In this document: piece after piece, positions 9,904 through 18,716 of the stretch | How positions within the stretch are numbered: position 1 is the first letter of the stretch | Layout: each line of letters starts with the position of its first letter | NCBI GenBank assembly: GCA_035390665.1 | Contig: DAOOUC010000003.1 | Coordinates: forward strand, 10,742-74,741 | DNA from: an archaeon | GTDB lineage: Archaea > Iainarchaeota > Iainarchaeia > Iainarchaeales > CSSED10-239 | DNA length: 64,000 bases | Direction: 5' to 3' | Made by a program: the position numbers and the translations under genes | The notes under the pieces: generated by a model | The model's database searches: none | Told to the model about the DNA's origin: nothing | The model's input: the letters and a program-made list of their open reading frames with translations, nothing else

Positions 9904-10863
9904 CTATTTAATTATTTCATCTAATATTTTTGACATCTTTGTTTTGATTTTTTCTTTTGAATCATAGATATTAAATCTATAGATTTCTGGAAGATATTTT
10001 GAAGTATGCATTTTACATCCTTCTGTGTAAAGTTTATCAAGCCATTTACCTGCATATCTTTTATTAACAAGTAATTGATAGTCTGAATTTAATTCGTGAT
10101 CATCAAGTATTCTTCCTTCACTTCTTTTGTTCTTTAATTCTAAATATTTTTCTTTCTTCCAAGATTTTGGACCACACACAACAAAGATATGTGTTGGTGG
10201 AAACCTAAAAGCAACTTTGTGACCTGGAAGAGAAAGATATTTTTTTAGTTTTATACCTTTCTGGTTATTTTCTTTATCATAAACTTGATAACAAGCAGAT
10301 TCTTCGCTTCTGCTTCTAATAATTATTCTTTTATTATCTCTTAATATCTTTCTTATTCTATAAAATTCATCAATTCTATATGCTTGATGTACAAGAGCTG
10401 CAGAATATCCATCAATTGTTTCTTCAAAATCATAAGAACTTCTGTTCTGTTCAATCACTCTATTTACTTGGCCAGCGCCTCTTTTTGTTGGTTCTTCCAA
10501 AACCCAAACATCTGCAGAATCTGGATTAATATAAGTAGTTATTTTATTTTTCTTAAAAGAGCCAACTAAAAGGTCTGAATTTTTATTATATCCGGAAAGT
10601 AAAGAATAAATTTCTAATAATAATTTATCTTTTTTTTCTTGTGAAAAAGAATCTGAATTCAAAAAATCTCTTAAAGACATAAAATCTTTATTGTATTCTT
10701 TAAAAATCTCAGCATGAAACAAAAGATCCATTTCTGTTCCTCTAATGTCTCTAATTGTTTTTCCTTTTTCCTTAAAATAATTTATAAAATCATTAATCTG
10801 TGTGCTTGTTCCAGACATATCTGGTCCACAAATTACTATATCAAAGAATTCGGTTGTTGTCAT
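9904..10863 (-). CDS. Thymidylate-kinase-like P-loop protein with lysine-less Walker A
   Basis: [14 protein letters not shown] aligns to the Tmk GxDGSGKST motif with K replaced by [13 protein letters not shown] resembles the Tmk DRY..SSLAYQ region. Extra ~120 aa at the C-terminus. Confidence 0.45.
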   Translation of the reverse strand: MTTTEFFDIVICGPDMSGTSTQINDFINYFKEKGKTIRDIRGTEMDLLFHAEIFKEYNKDFMSLRDFLNSDSFSQEKKDKLLLEIYSLLSGYNKNSDLLVGSFKKNKITTYINPDSADVWVLEEPTKRGAGQVNRVIEQNRSSYDFEETIDGYSAALVHQAYRIDEFYRIRKILRDNKRIIIRSRSEESACYQVYDKENNQKGIKLKKYLSLPGHKVAFRFPPTHIFVVCGPKSWKKEKYLELKNKRSEGRILDDHELNSDYQLLVNKRYAGKWLDKLYTEGCKMHTSKYLPEIYRFNIYDSKEKIKTKMSKILDEIIK

Positions 10864-10938
10864 TTTTATCCCAAATATAATAACTAGTAAAGTGTTTATA
10901 AATTGTTTCTACAAATATTTATGTATATATAAAAAATT

Positions 10939-11760
10939 ATGATTTATATGAATATTTTACTTATTTGTTCAAAAAACGATCTTGCATCTGTTAATTTTTT
11001 TGAAACTCTAACCACAGAAAGCTTTGAATTTACTACATTTTCAAAAAATCTTTGGTTTTTAAACAAAGAAAATAAAATTTATCTAACATTAACAGAAAAA
11101 ATGCATCTCTATCTTGAAGAAAAAGACATTTTAGATATTGAAAAAGAAGCCGATGTAAAATTTGAACAAATAATTTTTCTTTCAAAACATTCAACTCTTT
11201 CAGAAATAAAGCCAAGAACAATCTCTGTTCATTCAATTGGAAATTGGGGAAAAGCAGAGCTTGGTGGAATTGATGAGACTGTTGTAAAAACAGATCCAAT
11301 ATTAATTCGTTATTTGCTTTTGGATTTCTATAATAATAAACCAAAAACTTTGCCATTTGAAATAAAACAAGAAGCAACACATCATGGACCTTTCCTTTCT
11401 AAATCAACAATATTTGTGGAAATTGGCTCAAATGAAAATGCATGGAAAGATAAGGAGGCTTCTATTTTTGTTTGTAAGGAATTAATAAAAATTATTTCGG
11501 ATTATAATAAAATAAAAATTAAACAAGAAACTGATTGGAAAGAAGCAGTTGGCTTTGGTGGCTCTCATTATTGTACAAAATTTAATAGATTAACTTTTGA
11601 CCGAAACAATAAGTTTTGCTTTGGACATGTTATCCCTGATTATGCCATTACACAAATTACAGATAAACAAAAACTTAATCAAATATTAGAACAAGCAAAA
11701 GAAGAAAGTAATTCTTCTATGGTTTTAGATGAAAATTTAAAAGACATTATTTCTTTTTAA
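10939..11760 (+). CDS. dtdA: D-aminoacyl-tRNA deacylase, archaeal type (DtdA). Likely true start at Met 10948
   Basis: NILLICSKNDLASVNF, HSIGNWGKAELGG, EATHHGP, FVEIGSNENAW, GFGGSHYCTK, FGHVIPDYA. All recalled DtdA (tRNA_deacylase family) signatures. Confidence 0.65.
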   Translation: MIYMNILLICSKNDLASVNFFETLTTESFEFTTFSKNLWFLNKENKIYLTLTEKMHLYLEEKDILDIEKEADVKFEQIIFLSKHSTLSEIKPRTISVHSIGNWGKAELGGIDETVVKTDPILIRYLLLDFYNNKPKTLPFEIKQEATHHGPFLSKSTIFVEIGSNENAWKDKEASIFVCKELIKIISDYNKIKIKQETDWKEAVGFGGSHYCTKFNRLTFDRNNKFCFGHVIPDYAITQITDKQKLNQILEQAKEESNSSMVLDENLKDIISF

Positions 11761-12871
11761 TTTCTTTCTTAATTCTCTCTCTAATTTTCTCATCTAAAGC
11801 AAATATTGTTTGAATGTTTGGATTTTTAGAATAGAATGTTTTATCCTCTAATATTTTTGAAAATATTTTAACAAATGAGTCTTTAGGTAAATTATTTTTA
11901 TAAAGCTCTTCAGCACAAACATCATAAACCATTTGGAAAAGAATTGGATAACTGCCACCTTTTTTTATTGATAAATAAGCTAATTTAAGAGTTGCTATTT
12001 CTTCAAAATTTATCTTTTTAATATTTATATTGATATTATCTTCTAATTTGTTATTTTCTTTTATTTGAGAATTGTCAAGATAATATAAATTATATATTGA
12101 TTCTTTATTATTATCTGTATAATTAAAAACAGTACATCCGTTCTTTAGTTGTAATATCAAGTTTATTTTTTCTGTATTTGACTTATAGAAATCAAAATTA
12201 TCTAATTCTAAATTATATAAGTTAGACATTACAATTAAATGTCTAGACAACCACATTTTATTTTTAAAATAAAATATTTTTTTAAATTCAGATAATGTTT
12301 TAGAGGGATTTGTATAATTTGTTAAATTTTCTTTATCTTCCTTTGTATCATAATCTATAAGTATTATTTTATCAATTTCATTTAATTTTTTAGTATTTGA
12401 AAATAATGACATAGATTGAAATTGAGGGGTAATATAATTTAATTCAATTCCTTTGTTTTTTGCTTCATTAATGATTATCTTTCCAGAATATAAAATTGGT
12501 TCAAGATTAAGTAATCCAATGTCTTTATATTCTCCGATAGATGCTAATATTAATTTCACAGAATCAATTCCAGTAAAATCAGAAATTATCAAATCACAGT
12601 CTGTAATTTTTAGGAAAGAAGTATATTGAGAATAATCGTGATAACATTTAATATTAAATTCTAATTCTAATTTTTCTGCCAAATCTTTATTAGGAAAGAA
12701 AATAACAGATGGTTGTAATTCTTGAATTTGCTTTTTAAATAAATCAAATTGTTTTTCATCATTACAAAGTAGTGCTGAAATCTTATATTTTTGATTATGT
12801 CTTTTAAAAAAATCAATAATCTCTTGAGATTTTTTTCTTTGACTTCCTAAAATTAGCATTTTTTTTATCAT
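11747..12871 (-). CDS. Hypothetical protein with distant DXR (IspC)-like layout but degenerate motifs
   Basis: N-term ILGSQRKKS (vs DXR LGSTGSIG). Segment DLIISDFTGIDSVKLILASIGEYKDIGLLNLEPILYSGKII...ITPQFQSM parallels DXR ...IVGAAGL.PTLAAI.AGK.IALANKESLV...LPVDSEHSA, but the catalytic residues are not conserved. Confidence 0.35.
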   Translation of the reverse strand: MIKKMLILGSQRKKSQEIIDFFKRHNQKYKISALLCNDEKQFDLFKKQIQELQPSVIFFPNKDLAEKLELEFNIKCYHDYSQYTSFLKITDCDLIISDFTGIDSVKLILASIGEYKDIGLLNLEPILYSGKIIINEAKNKGIELNYITPQFQSMSLFSNTKKLNEIDKIILIDYDTKEDKENLTNYTNPSKTLSEFKKIFYFKNKMWLSRHLIVMSNLYNLELDNFDFYKSNTEKINLILQLKNGCTVFNYTDNNKESIYNLYYLDNSQIKENNKLEDNININIKKINFEEIATLKLAYLSIKKGGSYPILFQMVYDVCAEELYKNNLPKDSFVKIFSKILEDKTFYSKNPNIQTIFALDEKIRERIKKEIKKK

Positions 12872-12950
12872 CTTTTTCTTTCTTAGTTATAAAAAATAAA
12901 AGAAAAAAAGAGAAATAATATCTCTTAATTTCTTACTTTATCAAAAAGAT

Positions 12951-12995
12951 TTATTTTTTTGCTGGTTTTTTTGCTGCCTTTTTCTTTGCTGCCAT
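12951..12995 (-). CDS. Micro-ORF (14 codons, MAAKKKAAKKPAKK) preceded by a strong GGGGGAAGGA Shine-Dalgarno-like motif. Speculative
   Basis: ATG at 12995. A G-rich purine tract at 13001-13010 on the coding strand. TATA-like CTTTATATAT about 60 nt upstream. Confidence 0.15.
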   Translation of the reverse strand: MAAKKKAAKKPAKK

Positions 12996-13241
12996 GTTCC
13001 TTCCCCCCTATTTTTAATATGAATATTAAAAATTATCTATATATATGTATGAAAGATATATAAAGCTTATTATTTTATATTGTCCAATATTTCTCACAGG
13101 TTTTTTTGTGTGCGTTTATTAGTCCTGTCTGAGAAAATAGGTGTTTATTATTTCTATAGGCAAAAAAAAATAATTTGTCCAATTGTGTGTGTGTTGTCCA
13201 AGAAATTGTGAGATAAACAAAAAGATAAAAATATAAAAAAA

Positions 13242-14651
13242 TTAATCAAGAGGAATAACGCATCTAAACCCAATCGAATCTGATTTATAACTTGGCGCCC
13301 ATCTTAAATTCATTGCAAAAACACCTGATGCATTTTCATCAAAATGTGTTCCACCCCTTACTATTGCGTGAACATTTGAATTATATGCAAGTCCTGAATT
13401 TGCTTGTCCTGGAGCAATATAAATTTTTCCAACACCTTGTTCTGAATCATAATCATTAAATGGTTTTATTTGACTATATGTTAAAGAACCCGATCTTGCC
13501 AAATTTGTAAATTCATACCAATCTCTTTCAAATAAATCTTCAAATCCTGGAGATCCATGCTGTACACCGCCACTATCATTTCCTTTATTATTTAAATCAG
13601 GATAATCCTCGCAGGTTCCATCACAACTTTCTATAATTGTTAAATCTACCCATTCTGCTAAATTTCCAGAGAAATCCCATATTTCTTCGCCATTAGATAA
13701 AACTAACTTAGCAAGTTCATTTCTATTATCTCCATAATCAATTAAACCCTTTAAATAGGATGCAGAACTATCTATTCCTACATTTCCTTTTTTTAATGAC
13801 CCTATTCCTGTTATTCCGCTATCCCAATTAGTTGAAACTTGTTCAATATTTCTTGCAATTGTCATCCATTCATCATTTGTTATTAAATGTGCACCAGAAT
13901 TCTCACAAATTTTTTTTACTGCACATAAATTTAAAATGGTTTCTGGAGGATCAGAAATTTTGTTTTCTAAAACCGCCATTGAACCATTAATTTCATTTCC
14001 TTCTTCACACATTCCATCAGAAATATATCCATCATTTATTCTAGCTTCATATTTTTGAACACAAAATTCAGAAGTATTATAATTTGGATTCCCTGGAACT
14101 GTAATATATCCATCTGGACAGCTTGTTGTTACTATTTCAGGATTATAACTTTCACAATATCTAAAATCAAAATCTTGTGAATTAACTTTTAATTCTATAT
14201 ATTTATTCTCAATGGTATATAAATTTAAAATAAAAGAACTTGATGGAAAACAAGCAATTGGAATTATAGTCAAATCTCCGCTATTTATTTCAATTTGTGG
14301 ATTTAATGCAATTCTTTTTGTAAGATATTTAGCATCCTGCAATTGATTATCAACTATAGTATATCCTTTAATAACTAAATCTTTTGTACTTGTATTTTGA
14401 ATTAAAACAGATCTATTTATTGCTTTTTTTACAAATATAAATCCTGTTATATCATCTTTTTCTGCTATTATATCTTTAGATGAAGACAATGTTGTATTTG
14501 TAAAATTTGTTCCCCAATTTATTATTATAGTAACTATAACTACACAAATTACTACAAGTAAAATAATTGCAATAATAGGAGATATTGCTTTTTCTTTTGT
14601 TCTCATATCTTTCTTTCTTTTTTTATTTAATTTATTTTTTTTTAAATTCAT
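13242..14651 (-). CDS. Pilin-like (class III signal peptide) surface protein with C-terminal formylglycine-generating-enzyme/SUMF1-like domain
   Basis: N-term basic stretch then KAISPIIAIILLVVICVVIV (archaeal prepilin-type signal). C-term HLITNDEWMTIARN, GNLAEWVDL, VRGGTHFDEN, SIGFRCVIPLD (FGE-sulfatase domain hallmarks). Confidence 0.6.
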   Translation of the reverse strand: MNLKKNKLNKKRKKDMRTKEKAISPIIAIILLVVICVVIVTIIINWGTNFTNTTLSSSKDIIAEKDDITGFIFVKKAINRSVLIQNTSTKDLVIKGYTIVDNQLQDAKYLTKRIALNPQIEINSGDLTIIPIACFPSSSFILNLYTIENKYIELKVNSQDFDFRYCESYNPEIVTTSCPDGYITVPGNPNYNTSEFCVQKYEARINDGYISDGMCEEGNEINGSMAVLENKISDPPETILNLCAVKKICENSGAHLITNDEWMTIARNIEQVSTNWDSGITGIGSLKKGNVGIDSSASYLKGLIDYGDNRNELAKLVLSNGEEIWDFSGNLAEWVDLTIIESCDGTCEDYPDLNNKGNDSGGVQHGSPGFEDLFERDWYEFTNLARSGSLTYSQIKPFNDYDSEQGVGKIYIAPGQANSGLAYNSNVHAIVRGGTHFDENASGVFAMNLRWAPSYKSDSIGFRCVIPLD

Positions 14652-14673
14652 TTAAATTACCTTAAAATAAAAA

Positions 14674-14904
14674 ATAGAGCTGACGGGATTCGAACCCGCA
14701 AAACAAGAAATAAATTAACCATGATAACGCACCCTTTCGGAATGCACGACCAACATAAGTTAGGATCACTACCTACTCCCTACAATTACTTGCAAAGAGA
14801 ACACCCAAAGGGCTTATACTCCTTCGTTTTTTACATCATCTTCAATTTATTTCCATAAACTGGCTTCGGAGACCAGTGTTTCTTCCAACGAAACTTCAGC
14901 TCCT
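14674..14904 (-). tRNA. tRNA-Arg(CCG) interrupted by a ~155-nt intervening sequence between anticodon arm and T-arm
   Basis: 5' part (revcomp of 14862-14904) GGAGCUG-AA-GUUU-CGUUGGAAG-AAAC-A-CUGGU-CUCCGAA-GCCAG. 3' part (revcomp of 14674-14698) GCGGG-UUCGAAU-CCCGU-CAGCUCU-A. The acceptor 5'/3' strands pair 7/7 (one G-U). Confidence 0.5.
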
Positions 14905-14932
14905 ATATAAAATGTAATTAATTATCTAAAGC

Positions 14933-15265
14933 TCACCGGGGACTAATTTCTTCTATTTCATCTTCTAAAATATTTAATGATTCAAAAATATAATTGTCTT
15001 CTGTTATTTCATCAAAATAAATTGTATCATCAATTTGTAATTCATTTATTGTAATGCTATCATTTACTATTTTTGCTTTTTCAAACCTATCTGAAGAATT
15101 GTTTACAGAATTATCTGTTTTTTGATTATTTAAAACAATAGTTCTGAAATCAATATTTTTGGATAAAAATAAAAGCATAACGAGAAATAAAAAAATCACA
15201 GCAGTAATTTGCTCTTTTTTATTCTGATATTTTCTATATCTTTGTCTATTTATTTTTATATTCAT
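14933..15265 (-). CDS. Small membrane protein (single TM), hypothetical
   Basis: 110 aa, basic N-terminus then AVIFLFLVMLLFL. Confidence 0.3.
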   Translation of the reverse strand: MNIKINRQRYRKYQNKKEQITAVIFLFLVMLLFLSKNIDFRTIVLNNQKTDNSVNNSSDRFEKAKIVNDSITINELQIDDTIYFDEITEDNYIFESLNILEDEIEEISPR

Positions 15266-15360
15266 ATTCTGTCTTATTTCTCTAATTATCTAAATTAATA
15301 AGTTCAAAAGGTTTAAATATATATGTTAAAGATATATAAAAATTAATAAAAAAATAGAAA

Positions 15361-15395
15361 AGAATTATTCTTCGATTTAATCGAAGAAGAATTCT
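15361..15395 (-). terminator. 15-bp (one mismatch) hairpin with 5-nt loop containing the EF-2 TAA stop, followed by a T-rich tract on the transcribed strand
   Basis: agaattattcttcga-tttaa-tcgaagaagaattct. Downstream (minus strand) TTCTTTTCTATTTTTTT. Confidence 0.4.
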
Positions 15396-17575
15396 GCTGG
15401 CTTTGGTTCTGGTTCTAATCCTTTTCTTGTTCTTATCTCTGTTATGGTTGGCATTAATAAGGATTTTGGAAGTTTTTCATAACCTGCATATTCTGCTGTC
15501 CAGATTGCTCTTCCTTGTGTTTCTCCTCTCATTTCTTGGCTTAAACCAATTAAGGATTTAACAGGAATATTTCCTACAATAATACAAGAGTCTCCTTCCA
15601 TATCTATTCTTTCAATCTGCGCTCTTCTACTTGCAAGAACTCTATTAACTGAACCCATAAAGTCTTGTGGTACTGAAACAGATAATTTCTGTTTTGGTTC
15701 AAATAAAGTATAGTCTGATAAAAGAATACATGCCCAAATTGCTCTTGTTATTGCTGGAAGTACTTGTGCTGGTCCTCTATGGATTGCATCTTCGTGAAGT
15801 GTTGCATCTTCAAGATTAACAAGAATTCCAGAAACCTTTTCTTTAGCAACAGGTCCTTCTTTTGTTGCATCATTGAATGCATCAATTACAAGTTCTCTTG
15901 TTTCGAAAAGATTTTGTATTCCTTTAGTTCTATTAATTAAAATAGAATTATTATGGACTGCCCAAATATTTTTAGACTCATCTTTTGTAAATCCTGCTTC
16001 TTCAAATTTCTTTTGAATATCTACATCTTTGTTTAATCTTATTCTTCCATCAAACTTCATTGCTTTAATTTTTGCAAGCATTTCTGGTTCGATTGGCTCA
16101 ATCGATATCTTAAATTTGTTGTGTTTGTTTGGAGATTTTCCTTCAATTGTTGGTGATGCCTTTTGTATTGTTTCGTAGTATAATACAATTGGTGGACTTA
16201 CTGTGATTGGGATATTATTATCTTTTTCAATCTTATATTGTGTAATTTCTAAGTGTAGTTCTCCCATACCTGAAATTAAGTGTTCTCCTGTTTCTTGATT
16301 TAATTCAGCTCTAACGTTTGGATCTTCTTTTGTGATGTTGTGAACAACTTCAATTAATTTTGGAAGATCTTTACTGTTCTTTGCTTCAATAGAAACGGTC
16401 ATAACTGGTTCAACATCTGACATAAAGCTTTCAAATGGTTTAATGTCTTTATTTGATAATGTTTGACCAGCATAAACTTCTTTCATTCCGATAACACAAG
16501 CAATATTACCTGCAATAACTTCATCTAAGATAACTCTTTCAGGACCTAAATAAATTCCAACTTGTTGAACTTTTGCAGTTTTATCTGCACCAAGAACTTT
16601 TAAGTCCATTCCTTTCTTTATACTTCCTGCATAAACTCTTCCAGATGCAATATCTCCTGCATGTTTATCTAAAACAATATCTGTAACCATCATTGCAATG
16701 TTTTCTTCTGAGTGATTACATTCTGTCATTGCTTTTCCTTCTTCTGTTTCTAAATCTCCACCCCAAATTATTGGAATTCTATATTTTTGTGATTGCATTG
16801 GATTTGGAAGATGTTGTGAAACCATTTCTAAGAATACTTCACTTACTGGTATTTTTTGTGCTAATTCTTTTTGTTTTTCATTCTTACAATAATCTACAAT
16901 ATCACTAAACTTTATATTATATTTAGTCATTGCTGGAACTGATAATGCCCAATTGTGAAAACCAGAACCGAAACATACAGAACCATCTTTAATATTTACT
17001 TGCCAATCTTTTGCAAATTCTTCTGGTGCATTCTTTGCAATTAAGTTATTAATATCCATTACAACTTTTACAAATCTTTTTTGCATATCTTCTGGTGCAA
17101 CATTCATTTCTGTAATTAATCTATCAACTTTATTAATGAATAATACAGGCTTTACTCTTTCTTTTAATGCTTGTCTTAGAACTGTTTCTGTCTGAGGCAT
17201 AACTCCTTCAACAGCATCAACAACTAAAACAGCACCATCAACTGCTCTCATAGCTCTGATAACATCTCCACCAAAGTCAACGTGTCCTGGTGTATCAATA
17301 ATATTAACTAAGTATTTCTCTCCATTGATTTCACAAGGAACAGAAACATTTGAAGCATTGATTGTAATTCCTCTTTCTTGTTCTAAGATATAAGAATCCA
17401 TGAATACTTGTTGTCCTGCAAGTTCTTTAGAAATAAGTCCTGCTGTAGCAACTAAGTTATCTGTTAATGTTGATTTTCCGTGATCAATGTGAGCAATAAT
17501 TGCAATATTTCTAATATTTTTAGTATTAGCCATTAATTTTTGTGCAAGTTCTGCAACTAATTCTTTTCGTCCCAT
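15377..17575 (-). CDS. fusA: Translation elongation factor 2 (aEF-2)
   Basis: G1 AHIDHGKST, DTPGHVDF, NKVD. Diphthamide loop DAIHRGPAQV. 732 aa. Confidence 0.95.
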   Translation of the reverse strand: MGRKELVAELAQKLMANTKNIRNIAIIAHIDHGKSTLTDNLVATAGLISKELAGQQVFMDSYILEQERGITINASNVSVPCEINGEKYLVNIIDTPGHVDFGGDVIRAMRAVDGAVLVVDAVEGVMPQTETVLRQALKERVKPVLFINKVDRLITEMNVAPEDMQKRFVKVVMDINNLIAKNAPEEFAKDWQVNIKDGSVCFGSGFHNWALSVPAMTKYNIKFSDIVDYCKNEKQKELAQKIPVSEVFLEMVSQHLPNPMQSQKYRIPIIWGGDLETEEGKAMTECNHSEENIAMMVTDIVLDKHAGDIASGRVYAGSIKKGMDLKVLGADKTAKVQQVGIYLGPERVILDEVIAGNIACVIGMKEVYAGQTLSNKDIKPFESFMSDVEPVMTVSIEAKNSKDLPKLIEVVHNITKEDPNVRAELNQETGEHLISGMGELHLEITQYKIEKDNNIPITVSPPIVLYYETIQKASPTIEGKSPNKHNKFKISIEPIEPEMLAKIKAMKFDGRIRLNKDVDIQKKFEEAGFTKDESKNIWAVHNNSILINRTKGIQNLFETRELVIDAFNDATKEGPVAKEKVSGILVNLEDATLHEDAIHRGPAQVLPAITRAIWACILLSDYTLFEPKQKLSVSVPQDFMGSVNRVLASRRAQIERIDMEGDSCIIVGNIPVKSLIGLSQEMRGETQGRAIWTAEYAGYEKLPKSLLMPTITEIRTRKGLEPEPKPAEFFFD

Positions 17576-17665
17576 AATTTCTCCATTTTATTTTTATGTA
17601 AATATATATAATTGATAAATATTCTTTTTTGAAAAAAGAAAAAATAAAAAAGGTTCTTTTTTGAT

Positions 17666-18265
17666 TTATCTTGAACCTTGTGCAATTCTTTCGATTTCGT
17701 CTTTTCTTTTTACTGAAAAGCTTTTTTGGTCGTTCTTTGATGCATCAATTATTTCTTCTGCTAAAGCAATGTGTGTTTCTTTCTTACTTTTGTAAGTATT
17801 CTTGAAACAAGCAAGAGCAATATTTTTTAATGCCTCATCAAGTCTTTTGATTGGTGCAAGATCAACAGATTGTGTGTAAGTAATACTTCCTTTCTGTAAT
17901 TTAGTAATATCTTCTCTTGGTGCTGAATATTCAACAGCTGTAACTAAGACTTGTACTGGATTTTCTTTTGTTGTTTTGTGTATATAATCAAATGCATCTT
18001 CAACAGTTTTAATCATTTGCTCTTTCTTTCCACAACCCATTCTGTGTCTTACAAATTTACCTGAAAGTTTCTTCTTTCCTTGTCCAGATCTCATCATCTT
18101 ATTTACTAATCTTTCAACCAGATTAATTTTTGTTTTTCTAGATGGTTCTTTATTTGTTGCACCAAAGGTGTGTGGAATTACTTTTTCTTCTAAGTTCATG
18201 TACTTGTAAAGTCCTTGATCCTTAAAGTTTATTCCTTTTGTTTCCCATTTATCAAATAATTTCAT
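17666..18265 (-). CDS. rps7: Ribosomal protein S7 (uS7)
   Basis: Archaeal uS7 length and motifs (…NPVQVLVTAVEYSAPRED…EIERIAQGSR). Position between S12 and EF-2. Confidence 0.9.
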   Translation of the reverse strand: MKLFDKWETKGINFKDQGLYKYMNLEEKVIPHTFGATNKEPSRKTKINLVERLVNKMMRSGQGKKKLSGKFVRHRMGCGKKEQMIKTVEDAFDYIHKTTKENPVQVLVTAVEYSAPREDITKLQKGSITYTQSVDLAPIKRLDEALKNIALACFKNTYKSKKETHIALAEEIIDASKNDQKSFSVKRKDEIERIAQGSR

Positions 18266-18275
18266 ATTTTAACAC

Positions 18276-18701
18276 CTATCTCTTAGATTTTTCCTTCTTT
18301 CCTTTTCTTAGCATTTCAAGTGATTGTCCATTTACTTTAATGACTTTATATCTCACACCCCAAAGATCACCGATTGGACCGCCTTTTCTTCCACCGATAC
18401 CTTCAACAGTAACTTGATCGTGTGCATCAATAAACTTGATTGCTTTATCTTTTGGAGCAAATGCTGTAAGTTCTTTTCCATTCTTAATTAATTGAACTCT
18501 TACACATTTTCTAATACCTGAGTTTGGCTGTCTTGCAGTAATTCCTTTTTTATCAAGAACGATTCCTCTTGCTTGAGGTGCTCCTTTCATAAGTCCTGCT
18601 TTTTTATCAACCTTTAATTTTCTTTTTGTTCTTGGATCTTTTTTAGTCCATTTCTTTCTTTCTTTAATTAATTTTCTTGCTGAAAATTCTCCATTTGCCA
18701 T
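18276..18701 (-). CDS. rps12: Ribosomal protein S12 (uS12)
   Basis: [25 protein letters not shown]...VEGIGG conserved uS12 core. Confidence 0.92.
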   Translation of the reverse strand: MANGEFSARKLIKERKKWTKKDPRTKRKLKVDKKAGLMKGAPQARGIVLDKKGITARQPNSGIRKCVRVQLIKNGKELTAFAPKDKAIKFIDAHDQVTVEGIGGRKGGPIGDLWGVRYKVIKVNGQSLEMLRKGKKEKSKR

Positions 18702-18716
18702 TATTTTTCACCTTAA

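Noticed and set aside
14674-14904. Interpretation as two halves of a trans-spliced split tRNA (Nanoarchaeum-style)
   Set aside because: Both pieces are on the same strand, in correct order and only 155 nt apart, with no separate GC-rich leader complementarity. A cis intervening sequence is the simpler explanation.
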